The position numbers were made by a program, and so were the translations under genes. A stretch of 64,000 nt of DNA from Myxococcota bacterium (GTDB lineage Bacteria > Myxococcota_A > SURF-8). Below, piece by piece: positions 50,593 through 61,915 of the stretch. The notes under the pieces were generated by a model. It was not told the DNA's origin and searched no databases. It worked only from the letters and a program-made list of their open reading frames with translations. Numbering within the stretch: the first letter of the stretch is position 1; the number at the start of each line of letters is the position of its first letter. The stretch spans positions 1,440,001-1,504,000 of the forward strand of contig OZ223209.1 of NCBI GenBank assembly GCA_965140415.1, read 5' to 3'.

Positions 50593-52374
50593 TCAGCCTT
50601 CGATAAAGCTCTTCAGCTTGCCGGAGCGCGAACTATGCCGCAGCTTTTTCAGGGCTTTGGCTTCGATCTGACGAATGCGCTCACGGGTGACTTCGAAATT
50701 CTGGCCAACTTCCTCCAGCGTATGATCGCTGCGTTCGCCGATACCGAAACGCATACGCAATACCTTTTCTTCACGCGGCGTCAAAGTGGCGAGCACTTTG
50801 CGCGTCTGCTCGGAAAGGTTCATGCTGATTACGGCCTCGGAAGGCGAGACAATCTGCTTGTCTTCGATGAAATCGCCCAGATGGCTGTCTTCTTCTTCGC
50901 CGATCGGTGTTTCCAGCGAAATCGGTTCTTTGGCGATTTTCAACACTTTGCGCACTTTTTCCACCGGAAGATCCATGCGTTCGCCGATTTCTTCCGGGGT
51001 GGGTTCGCGCCCGATTTCCTGCACCAGATGACGCGAGGTGCGGATGAGCTTGTTGATGGTTTCGATCATGTGCACCGGAATGCGAATCGTGCGGGCCTGA
51101 TCGGCGATAGCGCGCGTGATGGCCTGACGAATCCACCAGGTGGCGTAGGTCGAGAATTTGTAGCCGCGCTGGTATTCGAACTTGTCCACGGCTTTCATCA
51201 AACCGATATTGCCTTCCTGAATCAGATCCAGAAACTGCAAACCACGGTTGGTGTATTTTTTAGCTATCGAGACGACCAGTCGCAGGTTGGCTTCCACCAG
51301 TTCGCTCTTGGCAAGTTCGGCTTCGTTTTTGCCCTTCATCATACGCTGGAAGGTTTTGCCGATCTCACTGGCGTCCATACTGACTTCGCGTTCCAGTTCG
51401 ACCAATCTTTCCTCTGCATCCAGGAATCGTTCTTCCTGATCCAGCAGTTGTTCGCGTGAGCACTTAAGCGCTTTGAGCACCTTGGCTTCCGCACTCTGGC
51501 GTTTATAGAAGAGCTTCATGTGCTCGCGGAATTCGTCGTAATCAACGCCGGCTTGCCGTTCGGTATTGCGGATGCTCACATTGATATCCGACGCCCGATC
51601 GTAATAAGCGCGCATTTTCAGCACGATCTGATCGATCTGTTTTTTATTGAGAACGATATCCTTAAGCAATTCCCGCAGTTTTTGCTGGATCTGTTCCAGT
51701 TGCGTCTCGAAACGCTCCGTCTGTTTTTCGGAGGGAGTTAACAGTGCCGTATATTTCTTGATCAAGACTTTACGGTCACGGTCATATTGCTTGATGTGGT
51801 CGATGATCTCGATGACGCGCTCGACCAATGCGGAATCGTTGGACTCGTTTTCTTCTTCTTCCGGATCGCCCTTTAAAATATCCTTGGCTCGCATCTTGCC
51901 TGTTTTGAGCTTTTCGGCAATCGACAAGACTTCCGAAATCGCCATCGGCGATTCCAGGATCACATCGAGCATTTCCTTTTCGCCGCGTTCGATCCGTTTT
52001 GCGATCTCGACTTCGCCTTCGCGCGTTAACAGAGACACCGATCCCATTTTACGCAGGTACATGCGTACAGGATCGTTGGATTTTCCCGCGGCAGAATCGT
52101 CTTCATAGTCCTGACGCTTGGTTTTCTGACGGACCTTCTCGTTGCCTTCCTCATGGTCGTCATCGTCATCAGAGTCTATAGGTCGGTCGTTTTCGTTTTC
52201 CACAACGGAGATGTTCATGTCGCCCAACATCACCATGATGTCATCCAGGTCTTCCGGGGAGACTTTATCGGAGGGCAGCATGTCGTTGACTTCATCGTAC
52301 GTCAAAAAACCCTGCGCTTTGCCCTTTCCGATGAGTTTTTCCAACTCGTCTTTCTTCGATTTGTCTTTTCCCAT
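50593..52374 (-). CDS. rpoD: RNA polymerase primary sigma factor
   Basis: Region 1.1, [51 protein letters not shown]. Confidence 0.98.
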   Translation of the reverse strand: MGKDKSKKDELEKLIGKGKAQGFLTYDEVNDMLPSDKVSPEDLDDIMVMLGDMNISVVENENDRPIDSDDDDDHEEGNEKVRQKTKRQDYEDDSAAGKSNDPVRMYLRKMGSVSLLTREGEVEIAKRIERGEKEMLDVILESPMAISEVLSIAEKLKTGKMRAKDILKGDPEEEENESNDSALVERVIEIIDHIKQYDRDRKVLIKKYTALLTPSEKQTERFETQLEQIQQKLRELLKDIVLNKKQIDQIVLKMRAYYDRASDINVSIRNTERQAGVDYDEFREHMKLFYKRQSAEAKVLKALKCSREQLLDQEERFLDAEERLVELEREVSMDASEIGKTFQRMMKGKNEAELAKSELVEANLRLVVSIAKKYTNRGLQFLDLIQEGNIGLMKAVDKFEYQRGYKFSTYATWWIRQAITRAIADQARTIRIPVHMIETINKLIRTSRHLVQEIGREPTPEEIGERMDLPVEKVRKVLKIAKEPISLETPIGEEEDSHLGDFIEDKQIVSPSEAVISMNLSEQTRKVLATLTPREEKVLRMRFGIGERSDHTLEEVGQNFEVTRERIRQIEAKALKKLRHSSRSGKLKSFIEG

Positions 52375-52391
52375 CTAGCGTCACCTCACGG

Positions 52392-54206
52392 TTAATGGAT
52401 GGTGGATGTTTTCAGTTCTTGCAGTTTCCGGTTCAAATCAATCAGTTGCAGAGCAATTTGGTTTCGTTCCTCTTCTTTGGACTGTGTCCTGTCCTGAATC
52501 TTCATTCTTAGCGTCAGGATTTTTTGTTCGATGGAACGTACCTCCAGCTTTGTCAGACAGTCTTCCAGTGTCTGTAGAGCAACCGATTCCTCCATGTCCT
52601 CCTCATTAATGAGGATTTTTGCCACCAGATTCTTCCATTCAAGATCATCCACCTGTTGAAGCAGGGTATCCGGAGAGAATTGATCTCCCTCATCCAGGGA
52701 ATCCAGAATGCGTTCTGCGAGCCGCTTGAGCGACTGCACCGACATCCCATCCAAGCCTTGACGGCTGGAAAAAACAGGCGCAAGCTTATCGCCATGCAAT
52801 AGCAATAGCGCCACAATCCATACCTGAGCCATTTCACCGCCGTCTACCGAGCGATGGGTTTGCATGCGCAACGCCGCATCCGATACACGACTGTCCCAGT
52901 TCCGATTCGTGAGATGTTGCCGCAGCAACTGCGCGACCATTGATTGTCCAACCCCCAGCCTGCCTGCTATTTTCTGGACGTACAGCGTCTTTTCTACGGG
53001 GTCGGCGATCTTAGCCAGCATGGGGATGATGCCATGCAGACTGTCGGCTTTTTCCCTCGGACCCACATCCGAGTCAGGATACTGGTGCTCCAGCCAAATG
53101 TCAAATAAATAGCGAGCATTGTTAAGCAGTTCGGTCATCGCAGCAGCATTGTTTTCCTTTAGAAAACTATCCGGGTCGTGCGGGTCTGGAAGCACCACGG
53201 CACGCGCATTGATCTTTTCCGCCAAAAAAAGCGGTAAAGACTTGAACATGGCCTTGCGACCGGCGGCATCGCCATCGTAAAGCATTACAAGATTCGAGGT
53301 CATACGTTTGAGTAACTTCAGGTGCTCCTCGGTCAATGCTGTGCCCAATGTAGCGACAGTGTTTTCAAAGCCGAACTGATGCATCATCACCACATCCAGG
53401 TTGCCTTCAACCACAATGGCCTGATCGTTACGCCGAATCATCTGGCGCGCCTGATGATATCCATAAAGGCACTGTGATTTCGTGTAGATAGGTGTGTCCG
53501 GCGAATTGATGTATTTGTAATTCTGCTCATCACCCAAAATGCGTCCGCCAAAACCGACCACCCGCTCGTGTTGCATTATGATCGGGAACATCAAGCGATT
53601 CCGAAATAAATCGATGTGGCTGCCTCTGCGACTGAGAGCCGCCAGACCTGCGCGTTCGATGGCGTGCGAGGAATATCCTTTTTTCTCAAGGGCTTTCAAT
53701 AATAAATCCCAGCTTTCAGGTGCAAAACCGAGCCGGAATTTTTCGATCATGTCACGATTGACACCACGTTTTTCCAGATAATCGAGTACCAGCTTTCTGG
53801 TAGGATGCTCGATCAACTGTTTTTGAAAGTGCTGCGAAGCCAGCACATTCAGTTCGAGCAGTCGTTCCTTTTCGCTCAAGGCTTGTTTCTGAGTTGCATC
53901 GAGCGGTTTCTGTTCCGGCAGTTCAAAGCCGGTGTCATCCGCGAGTTGCTTGACGGTTTCGTAAAAAGACTGGTTTTCGATCAGCATCAAAAAGCGAATG
54001 ACATCTCCGCTTTCTCCACAACCGAAACAATGAAAAAAGCCTTGATCTTCTGACACATTGAAGGATGGCGCACTTTCACTGTGAAACGGGCAAACGCCCT
54101 TGTGGCTGCGTCCCGCGCGTTTGAGAGGCACGTAACGACCAATAACCTCAACGATATTGACGCGCTCTTTCAGGTCTTCGATGATGTGTTTTGGAATCGT
54201 CGGCAT
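52392..54206 (-). CDS. dnaG: DNA primase
   Basis: CPFH...CFGC zinc finger, FRNRLMFPI, KYINSP, VEG..D, DGD.AG, DPD; start may extend to 54233 or 54260. Confidence 0.97.
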   Translation of the reverse strand: MPTIPKHIIEDLKERVNIVEVIGRYVPLKRAGRSHKGVCPFHSESAPSFNVSEDQGFFHCFGCGESGDVIRFLMLIENQSFYETVKQLADDTGFELPEQKPLDATQKQALSEKERLLELNVLASQHFQKQLIEHPTRKLVLDYLEKRGVNRDMIEKFRLGFAPESWDLLLKALEKKGYSSHAIERAGLAALSRRGSHIDLFRNRLMFPIIMQHERVVGFGGRILGDEQNYKYINSPDTPIYTKSQCLYGYHQARQMIRRNDQAIVVEGNLDVVMMHQFGFENTVATLGTALTEEHLKLLKRMTSNLVMLYDGDAAGRKAMFKSLPLFLAEKINARAVVLPDPHDPDSFLKENNAAAMTELLNNARYLFDIWLEHQYPDSDVGPREKADSLHGIIPMLAKIADPVEKTLYVQKIAGRLGVGQSMVAQLLRQHLTNRNWDSRVSDAALRMQTHRSVDGGEMAQVWIVALLLLHGDKLAPVFSSRQGLDGMSVQSLKRLAERILDSLDEGDQFSPDTLLQQVDDLEWKNLVAKILINEEDMEESVALQTLEDCLTKLEVRSIEQKILTLRMKIQDRTQSKEEERNQIALQLIDLNRKLQELKTSTIH

Positions 54207-54481
54207 GTGCTCATTCGTTTCGTGTGGCGACATCGAACAACGGCGACTTGCCGTGCTCATTGGAATCCGTAAGTATAAGGATTTGGTGGGGATAGCGTCA
54301 AGATTTTTAATTGGACAATTTCAGCATATTTCACTTCATGGAGATCCTTGCATTTTGAGACGCCGCGATTCGGAAATTGCTGGATAATCTCTACAATCTC
54401 AAAAAGGAAATCCCTTGCATATTCGGTGATTTTCTTATATTTTTCAAGCGTATACGTGCCATTAGAGTTGGGAGGTTAGGA

Positions 54482-56845
54482 ATGATTGTAAAGTGTGATA
54501 ATTGCCAGACTCAATACCAGGTGGATGATAGCAAGATTCCTGCAACTGGAATGGCCGTTAAATGCTCGAAATGTCACAACTTATTTGTTGTTCGCCCCGA
54601 AATATTGGAGCCGCAGGCCATCGAAGCGGTGGATGTGTCTGAAGTGTCTCCCGTCGAGCCGGAACCGGAAGTCCGTCCGGAAGTTGCCGCCAAATCTCCG
54701 GAGCCCGAACCGGAGCCTTACTACAGTTTGCGTCGCCCGGATGGAAAAACCTTTTCATTCCGAGAACTTGCCACATTGCAACGCTGGATTGTCGAACGTC
54801 GCGCCTTGCAGGACGATGAGCTTTCCCAGAATGGTTCAAGCTGGACGCGCCTTGATGAGATTCCCGATTTTGCGCCGTTTTTTCAACTAGTTGAACGAGC
54901 CACGGGAACCTTCGAGACTCAGCCTGAACCTGAGCCGGAACCTGCGCCAGAACCTGCGCCGGATCCGCAACCGGAACCGGAAATCCAGGCACCTGCACAC
55001 GAACTTGCGGCGGAATTACAACCGGAATTGCAACCGGAACCGGAACCGGAGCTTGAACCAGAGATTCAGGTAACTGCTGGAAATGAGACGGAAAAAGAAG
55101 CCGCTCAGCCAAAAATGACGATGCAAATGTGGGCGATGCCAGAGGAAGAAACGCCTCAAAATCCTGAAATATCTTCGCCAAAGCCGGATTCTGCACCAGA
55201 ACCTGCACCAGAGCCGGAACCAAAGCCGGAACCTGCACCAGAACCTGCGCCGCAACCTGAACCCGAACCTGAGCCGCAACCCGAACCCGAACCCGAACTT
55301 GAACCTGTTGCAGAGCCAGAACCCAGGTTTGAAGCGGCATCTAAACAAGAGGAAGACGAAGGCTTCGATTTTAAAGCAAGCCCACAACCCGATCAAGGGC
55401 CTTCCGAATGGGACGAATTGCCTGTGCAGTCCGCCAAACGTGATTCGTGGGACGAGAATACCGACTGGGATGCATTGGCCGATGACGATTCCGAGTTTGC
55501 ACCCGGTGGTCGTGCGAAAAAAGCGGTATTAATCGGACTGGCTGTCATCATTGCCGCAGCCATTGTGTACGTTGCGCTCAATCCGGCTTTATTGCGACAG
55601 GTGCTGCCGCTGGGACCGTCGAAAGAAACTTTGGCCCATTTGCAGGACGCGCGGATCTCCTTGAATTTGAATACGCCGGATAGCCTGGCAGATGCGGAAC
55701 AGGCGTTGAACAAACTGGTCGAGCAGGATGCGGAACTTTATCCTGCCTTGGCGATGCTTGCCGAAGTGCATACCTCGCGTGCGGATTTACTGGCTGTTAA
55801 AGTTACGGGAGCGGAGAAAACACAGGGCAACCTGGACAAGAAGCTGAAAGAACTCTCCAAGCAACTGGAGGAGAAAGAGGATGCCGAACTGAGAAAGCAG
55901 GCGGAGACGTTGCAGCAGCAACTTCAGCGAGCGAATCAACAAGTTCAAACTTTTAGTAGCGAGATCAGCAGTGAATTGCAACGCGCATTCTCCTTTGGTG
56001 AACGCGCCCATCAGTTGGCTCCTGACAGCCTGGAGGCCAACCGCGCCCTGGCGGATTATTATCGTCTGGGTATGGATGCCACAAAGGCCAACGACTATCT
56101 CGAGCGCGCCGAAAAGAACGCTGCCGACGATCCGATTTGCCTGTATATCAAAGGCGCGATGTTCGCTACCGACGACAGCCTGCTGGCCAATGCACTGCAA
56201 TCCTTTAAACTGGCGATCATCGGCGATCCGACCTTGATCAAGGCGAAATTCCAATTGGCGTTGCTATACCTGAATCAAAACAAGCCGGAGGAAGCCCGGC
56301 CCATCCTGGAAGAAATCCTACAGCAGAATCCGCAACATCTGGCCTCGCAGGAACAATTGGATCGTTTGAACGAACTCGAAAAGGCAAAGCAGGCCGAAGA
56401 AAAGGCTCAAGAGGAAAAGGCGGCGGCGGAAAAACCCAAAGCACAACCCAAAGCAACTCCGCGAGCACCAGCGGAACCGGCGGCTCCTGCAAGTTACGAG
56501 CAACTGATGAATAAGGCGGATCGTCTACGAAATTCCGACCGCGCCAAAGCAGCGCTGTCGTTGTATCAAAAAGCTGCGGAGCAGAAAAAAACCGCCGAAG
56601 TGTATTCCGGCATCGGCTTTTGCCATTTCGACATGCAAAATTACAAGGCGGCTTTAAGTAACTTCAAGAAGGCGATGTCCGCCCAGCGCAATCATCAAGG
56701 CGCGATAATCGGTATGGCGATGTGTTACGATCAGCTTTCCAATACCGATCAAGCGATCAAATACTACGAACGTTACTTGAAGTTATTCCCAAGCGGCATG
56801 GATGCTGCTGCTGCCAAAGGCGCACTGGGACGTTTGGGTAAGTAG
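54482..56845 (+). CDS. Zinc-ribbon / Pro-Glu linker / TM / TPR protein (AgmX/GltJ-like architecture)
   Basis: MIVKCDNC..Y...KCSKC zinc ribbon, GYF-like LQRWI segment, EPEP repeats, one TM, coiled coil and TPRs; GGGAGG RBS. Confidence 0.8.
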   Translation: MIVKCDNCQTQYQVDDSKIPATGMAVKCSKCHNLFVVRPEILEPQAIEAVDVSEVSPVEPEPEVRPEVAAKSPEPEPEPYYSLRRPDGKTFSFRELATLQRWIVERRALQDDELSQNGSSWTRLDEIPDFAPFFQLVERATGTFETQPEPEPEPAPEPAPDPQPEPEIQAPAHELAAELQPELQPEPEPELEPEIQVTAGNETEKEAAQPKMTMQMWAMPEEETPQNPEISSPKPDSAPEPAPEPEPKPEPAPEPAPQPEPEPEPQPEPEPELEPVAEPEPRFEAASKQEEDEGFDFKASPQPDQGPSEWDELPVQSAKRDSWDENTDWDALADDDSEFAPGGRAKKAVLIGLAVIIAAAIVYVALNPALLRQVLPLGPSKETLAHLQDARISLNLNTPDSLADAEQALNKLVEQDAELYPALAMLAEVHTSRADLLAVKVTGAEKTQGNLDKKLKELSKQLEEKEDAELRKQAETLQQQLQRANQQVQTFSSEISSELQRAFSFGERAHQLAPDSLEANRALADYYRLGMDATKANDYLERAEKNAADDPICLYIKGAMFATDDSLLANALQSFKLAIIGDPTLIKAKFQLALLYLNQNKPEEARPILEEILQQNPQHLASQEQLDRLNELEKAKQAEEKAQEEKAAAEKPKAQPKATPRAPAEPAAPASYEQLMNKADRLRNSDRAKAALSLYQKAAEQKKTAEVYSGIGFCHFDMQNYKAALSNFKKAMSAQRNHQGAIIGMAMCYDQLSNTDQAIKYYERYLKLFPSGMDAAAAKGALGRLGK
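54920..55325 (+). repeat. Coding low-complexity tandem repeats (Glu-Pro)
   Basis: Repeated GAACCT/GAACCG/GAGCCG hexamers encoding EPEPEP. Confidence 0.8.
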
Positions 56846-56862
56846 AGGAATTGGTATTCATT

Positions 56863-56920
56863 AACACGGGCAAGCTCCATTTCATTCCGCTTGGCCCGCG
56901 CCACCCTTTGCCATGACCAC
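56863..56920. repeat. Second copy of the REP-like element at 48701-48759
   Basis: AACACGGGCAAGCTCCATTT.ATTCCGCTTG...GCCACCCTTTGC.ATG.CCAC, near-identical over about 58 bp. Confidence 0.85.
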
Positions 56921-56971
56921 TCGTCGATCAATCGGAAATGTCGGATAAAATTTTAATCCGACAATTTGCTG

Positions 56972-57367
56972 TTATTTAAAGCCCCAACTCGCCAATTCCA
57001 CATAGGTGAAATACACGGCGGCGTCTACGAACAGCACGATCATGGCCCACATCAAACCGCGTTGGACTTTCGGATGTGCAAGCGGGCGGGAGAGGGCGAA
57101 GCGCCCCAACAAATAGAACAGAATAAACGCGCATACACTCCACAGCAACGAACCGTAGTAGCCCTGCGCGATCATGCCTTCCGGCTTTACCGTGCTGAAC
57201 ACGCCTTGTGTCGGCAAATAATACACGGTTGGTAACGAAGCCAGCTTGACCAGCGGGTACGTCAGCAGAAAACCGGCGCTTCCCAGTAATGCACCTGAAA
57301 GATGGGAGCTGGGTTGTTGAACGGAGGAGGTCTCTAAAGCGTTGTCTGTGTTTGTTTGTGCCAGCAT
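56972..57367 (-). CDS. Hypothetical membrane protein
   Basis: Three hydrophobic segments; GGAGG RBS; 10 nt from the upstream gene. Confidence 0.65.
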   Translation of the reverse strand: MLAQTNTDNALETSSVQQPSSHLSGALLGSAGFLLTYPLVKLASLPTVYYLPTQGVFSTVKPEGMIAQGYYGSLLWSVCAFILFYLLGRFALSRPLAHPKVQRGLMWAMIVLFVDAAVYFTYVELASWGFK

Positions 57368-57377
57368 GAACTTCCTC

Positions 57378-57827
57378 CTACAGAGCTTTTAGCGAAACCA
57401 GCATGAGGCCGGTCAAACCGGAAAACCACACGATGCCCATCAGTGTCAATCCGCTGAAATTGTAAAGCGGTTGCAACGGTCCCGGCGGTTGATCGTTGAT
57501 TCTGCGGCTCATCGGGAAATACCACAATAACAATCCCAGTCCCAGTGCGGCCAAATGCTCTTTGCATTCGAAAAAGCCGGTTGCCAAAGGATGCACCACA
57601 TCCAGAAAATCGGGACGCACACCGACGCGAAAAGCCGGGTAGATGACCAATCCCAAGCCGAAGGTGATCAGGTAGCTGACGAACATCACGGCGGCATAAC
57701 GCCGTTGCAGAACTCGTCGGCGATAATCCCCACGCATGTGGAACCAGGCCAGAATGCCATTGTGAGTGGAAGAGCCGAACAGGACGATGGCGGAAATCGC
57801 ATGCAGAATCAGTAAGAATTTCATCAC
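57378..57827 (-). CDS. Hypothetical four-TM membrane protein
   Basis: Four hydrophobic helices with His residues (LHAI, THNG, KEH). Confidence 0.7.
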   Translation of the reverse strand: MMKFLLILHAISAIVLFGSSTHNGILAWFHMRGDYRRRVLQRRYAAVMFVSYLITFGLGLVIYPAFRVGVRPDFLDVVHPLATGFFECKEHLAALGLGLLLWYFPMSRRINDQPPGPLQPLYNFSGLTLMGIVWFSGLTGLMLVSLKAL

Positions 57828-57936
57828 GGCCTCGCAAAGAAGTACAATCGAAGCTTGTCATACACACAATGCTCCGAAATTTGAAGAGCTTTCTGCAACA
57901 TTACGAAAAATTAATATTGATGAAGGAGGAAACGGT

Positions 57937-58413
57937 TTAGCGTCCCGTATGCCCAAAACCTCCGGCATTGCGCTCCGTTTCATCCAGACTTTCGCATTCT
58001 CGCCATTGAATCTGCGTTACCGGTGCAACGATCAATTGGGCGATGCGCTCGCCCCTTGCAATGGTGAACGGCTCTGCGCCATGGTTGATCAGCGCAATAC
58101 GAACCTCGCCGCGATAGTCGCTGTCGATGGTGCCCGGACTGTTCAAGACGGTTACGCCATGCTTTACCGCCAAACCGGAACGCGGGCGTACTTGAGCTTC
58201 ATAGCCGATAGGCAGTGCGATCGCCAGACCGGTGGGCACCAGCGCCCGTTGCCCGGGAGCCAAGGTAACGGGGTCATCCACGGCAGCGGGGAGATCCAGA
58301 CCCGCCGAACCAACAGTTTGGTATTCGGGTAACGGGATATCGTCAAAACCGGCGCGAATGCGCGTGACATCAACAGGGATACGATTCGTCATGGTGGCTG
58401 TCCTATTCGTCAT
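57937..58413 (-). CDS. dut: dUTP diphosphatase
   Basis: [36 protein letters not shown]. Confidence 0.96.
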   Translation of the reverse strand: MTNRTATMTNRIPVDVTRIRAGFDDIPLPEYQTVGSAGLDLPAAVDDPVTLAPGQRALVPTGLAIALPIGYEAQVRPRSGLAVKHGVTVLNSPGTIDSDYRGEVRIALINHGAEPFTIARGERIAQLIVAPVTQIQWRECESLDETERNAGGFGHTGR

Positions 58414-61400
58414 TCAATCTCGAAGTCAATGGATACGTTGTGGATACGGCATACCGCCGCATGCGGGCAATATTCGCAGGTGCGCGGGGTAATCTGAAAA
58501 TCTCCGGCTTGCATCTGCGAAACGAGTTCTTCCAGTTGATTGGCGAGGTTGGCCTCGCCGGATTGTCGGTACTGCTCCCGTAAGCCAGGGTTCAAGGCAA
58601 AGTAGGTTTGCACGAAGTCAGAGTCGATCTGCTTCTTAAAAGTCGGTTTGTTTTCGGCATTGCCGACCAGCAGATAGCGCGCCTGTAAAATGGAAATGGA
58701 AGCATCCGGCTTCTGCTCGTCGTTTGCATAGAGCAGCGCCAATAGATAAATGGGCATCTGGAACGACGTTATTCCGAAAGCTTCCGGTTTCAGATAGCTG
58801 CGGTAGCGCGACTTGTTGCTGCTGGATTTATAGTCCACCAGGCTGATCACGCCGCTGCCGCTGTCGATGCGGTCGATCCGACCGATCAGGCGGATCGGCG
58901 GTCCCTGCTCGGAAGGAATCAGCAACTCATCGCTCAGCGTGGGGGGATGCGGAATGCCGAACCAGACTTCGAAATGGGTAGGCGGGCTCTGTTGCATGGC
59001 ATCCCGTTCAATCTCGATCAGGCGTCGTACCTTGACCGCCCAGCGTTGCGCGGTGTGCTGCGCCATGCTGCGCACGTTTTCCGGCGCCGACTGCAATTGC
59101 ACTTGCAACGCCCTGTACAGATTCTGATAGGCGCGTTCCTGCAAGTCTTCTTCGCTCAATGAGAGCGTCTTCGTGCTGCTGCGGCACAGTTCTTCCAGCG
59201 TTTGATGCACCGCCAGTCCCACCGCCAGGGCATCCGGCTCCGGTCCTTGTTCTTCCCAAGGCTCGCTCTGCCAGATGCGCTCTACGAGAAACCGGAAAGG
59301 ACAAGTGGCGTAGGTTTCGAAATGCGCGGGGCTGTAGCGCTCCGGCAAGGGGGAAGGCGCTTTCTGTTGCCAGTTGTCCTGCAACCTACCGGTATAGGGG
59401 AAAGCCAGCTCGGCGCGAATCGGGGCGTTTTCCTGCCGCATGAATTCTTCACGCGCTTGTTCGATGCGAACCTTATCGCCAAGCCGTTGCAGACGACCAC
59501 GTTGCTGTTCCGAAAGGAAATCGGGTAAAGGCGTATCCGATTGCTGTGCTGCGATTTCGGTGGCCTGCCTGATCCATTCGATACGGAAAGGTGCAAGCGA
59601 ATCGGATGGCAGCAGCTTCGGCTCGCCAAGTTTGTCCCGGCATTCCTTGAAGAAGGGGCTGGGTGCAAGTTCTTCGCCCTGTTCATCCACAAGCGGAGCG
59701 ATCAAGGTAAGTCGCTCTGCCTGGCGAAACAAGGTCGTAAAGAGCATACGCTCGTATCGGTAGCGGCGACCCGCTCCGGCCAGGAGTGGATAGCCCGCCA
59801 GCCTGTTGACCTGCCGTCGTTCGTCGTCGCGCAGCCAACCGATCGACTGGCTCGCTCGCGGGAACACACCGTCGTTGATATCCAGTATGTACAGATGTTT
59901 AAAACGGCGGCTGGCCGCTTCTTCCGGTGGCAGTACGACAATCGACTCCGGTTCCGGGGTGGAGCGTAACTGAATGGCGGCATCCAGTACTGCGGTGAGC
60001 CAGCTGAGAAACTCCATCCCACCCAGAGGCTGTCCTTCCTGTTCCAAATCGGGTTGCCATTCCGAAAGAATCTGCTCTGCGGTCTGCCAGGCGTGAAAGG
60101 AGAGTGTGAAGTGGCGCTGGTCATGCACCGATTCGAATGGAGGGATGCGCATGGCCTGCACGAGATCCCGAAACGATTGCAGCCAGTCCGCCAACGGCAT
60201 GCGTTGCTTGCGGAACGGTTGCAGCCAGTCCAGCCAGGCCAGCAGCGAGGCGGCGATGTGCGTGCGGGTCGGCTCGTCGATCTCGCGATTCTGCACCAGT
60301 TCCCGAGACCAGTCCACGCCATCGAGCACGGACAGCTTCATTTCTCGCAGCACGGCTTCCGCCTGTTGCAGTTCCGCATCTTCCGGGCCGACGCCGAAAG
60401 GCTGCGCCGTTCTGGCCAGTCTGGCCAGTTTGCTGATCTCTATGGGCTGTTGCAGCAAGTCAATCAGCGTGTGCAGCCAGCGGAAAGGCGGCGTATCCAG
60501 CACCCGCACCGAACGATGGTAGGCGATGGGCAGTTGCCATTCGACGATGGCCCGCCGCAGCAAGGGGCGCATCGCTTCCAGATCCGGGGCGACAATGCCG
60601 ATGTTCGCCGGGTTTTCTCCGGCTTGCAGAAGCTTTCCGATTTCCTGGAAGATCCAGCGCAGTGAGTGTTCCCGGTTGCTCGCTTCGAACAGGCGGATTC
60701 TCGTATCCAGGCTGAAAATATCGCGGGTATCCTCTTTTTCCGTTGAGAAAAGCTTGGCGATCAATTTCTGCCGAATGGCGTCGTGGTCCAGGGAGCAAGT
60801 GGAGAAAGCGATATCGGCCTGGGTCTGCTGGCCGTTGCGTTCGATATAGGACAGCACCGGCTCCAGATTGGAATACAGATCCGCCCGTTCATGTAACAGG
60901 CAGAACTCGAAACTCGTATTGTAATGCAGCGCCAGATGCAACATGGCATGCAGCCGCAAAGGGCCGGGATCGTCGAAGCCGATGAAACGCAGTTCGCGCT
61001 CGGGATGCAACCCAAGTTTCAAACTTGCCGGTTCACGCTCCAGAAACGCCTGTAGACAATCGCCTTCGGTATAGAGCCTGCTTTCGTTCAGCGAAATTTT
61101 ATACGCCTTCCAGATGCGATCTAAATAGCGTCCTTTGGGAGTGGGCGGCCAGATTGCCTGAATCGACTGTTTCCCGCGCAGGTGGCTGGGTAAAAGATCC
61201 AGTGCCGAAAACAACTGTAGCAGCGTATCCAGCAATTGTTCACTGGGAAGCTCCGGTTCACCGGGTATGGCTGGTTGCGTTTCCAGCACCTTTTTCAATG
61301 TCATGCGCAGTTGCAGGCGCGTGGCCGCACGACCGGGCAAATGCAATGCCAAAGCCAGCGAACGCAATAAATCCGCAAAGCTGATATGCAGTACGCCTGC

Positions 61401-61496
61401 CAGGGTGTGAGCGGCATTCCGGCGCAAATCGGATTCCGCTGCCACCGATGCCTGAAAAAGCGAAGGATGTATGGTCAGCGGTTCCGAAATCATCAT
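58410..61496 (-). CDS. AddB-like PD-(D/E)XK nuclease with degenerate helicase domain
   Basis: S...[36 protein letters not shown] Fe-S staple; ATG 61496 overlaps the upstream stop. Confidence 0.85.
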   Translation of the reverse strand: MMISEPLTIHPSLFQASVAAESDLRRNAAHTLAGVLHISFADLLRSLALALHLPGRAATRLQLRMTLKKVLETQPAIPGEPELPSEQLLDTLLQLFSALDLLPSHLRGKQSIQAIWPPTPKGRYLDRIWKAYKISLNESRLYTEGDCLQAFLEREPASLKLGLHPERELRFIGFDDPGPLRLHAMLHLALHYNTSFEFCLLHERADLYSNLEPVLSYIERNGQQTQADIAFSTCSLDHDAIRQKLIAKLFSTEKEDTRDIFSLDTRIRLFEASNREHSLRWIFQEIGKLLQAGENPANIGIVAPDLEAMRPLLRRAIVEWQLPIAYHRSVRVLDTPPFRWLHTLIDLLQQPIEISKLARLARTAQPFGVGPEDAELQQAEAVLREMKLSVLDGVDWSRELVQNREIDEPTRTHIAASLLAWLDWLQPFRKQRMPLADWLQSFRDLVQAMRIPPFESVHDQRHFTLSFHAWQTAEQILSEWQPDLEQEGQPLGGMEFLSWLTAVLDAAIQLRSTPEPESIVVLPPEEAASRRFKHLYILDINDGVFPRASQSIGWLRDDERRQVNRLAGYPLLAGAGRRYRYERMLFTTLFRQAERLTLIAPLVDEQGEELAPSPFFKECRDKLGEPKLLPSDSLAPFRIEWIRQATEIAAQQSDTPLPDFLSEQQRGRLQRLGDKVRIEQAREEFMRQENAPIRAELAFPYTGRLQDNWQQKAPSPLPERYSPAHFETYATCPFRFLVERIWQSEPWEEQGPEPDALAVGLAVHQTLEELCRSSTKTLSLSEEDLQERAYQNLYRALQVQLQSAPENVRSMAQHTAQRWAVKVRRLIEIERDAMQQSPPTHFEVWFGIPHPPTLSDELLIPSEQGPPIRLIGRIDRIDSGSGVISLVDYKSSSNKSRYRSYLKPEAFGITSFQMPIYLLALLYANDEQKPDASISILQARYLLVGNAENKPTFKKQIDSDFVQTYFALNPGLREQYRQSGEANLANQLEELVSQMQAGDFQITPRTCEYCPHAAVCRIHNVSIDFEIE

Positions 61497-61780
61497 TTTC
61501 CGTTCCCCGTCGGTTGGTTGGGTTGATGGCAGCGGAAGCATTTTTCGTTGTTGATCGGATGACTGGGTTTGGTCGGATTGGGTCCGTCGGGCGAATGGCA
61601 ACGCAGGCATTGGGTCCAGTCGGTGATGCCGGCATGATCTTTATCCGCCGGGATGGGCGGGCTGCCATCGTCCTGCAAGGAGAGCCAGTATAGTGAGCCG
61701 ACGATAAAAACAACGACAGCAAGATAAAGCAGGGTCTTGATGAGCGCTCCCTTTTTATCGCGCGTGGAAGTTGCCGACAT
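61493..61780 (-). CDS. Small membrane-anchored diheme cytochrome c
   Basis: N-terminal TM, two CxxCH motifs (CLRCH, CFRCH), each preceded by a His (DKDH, PSHP). Confidence 0.82.
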   Translation of the reverse strand: MSATSTRDKKGALIKTLLYLAVVVFIVGSLYWLSLQDDGSPPIPADKDHAGITDWTQCLRCHSPDGPNPTKPSHPINNEKCFRCHQPNQPTGNGK

Positions 61781-61915
61781 CTGTACGGTTCCCCTGTTTC
61801 TGCAAAAATAGCAAAGCTGATCCGCACCGAATTTCCCCGCATCCGCAAGGAGGAGGATTTCCGGGATCGAATCGTTAATATAACGAATGTATCCTAGGAC
61901 AGAGAGCCCGGCTTG

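Noticed and set aside
50485-51459. 324-aa antisense ORF over rpoD
   Set aside because: Typical shadow ORF on a conserved, codon-biased gene
54920-55325. Tandem repeats as a possible CRISPR array
   Set aside because: Degenerate in-frame hexamer repeats encoding Glu-Pro; no constant repeat with unique spacers and no cas genes
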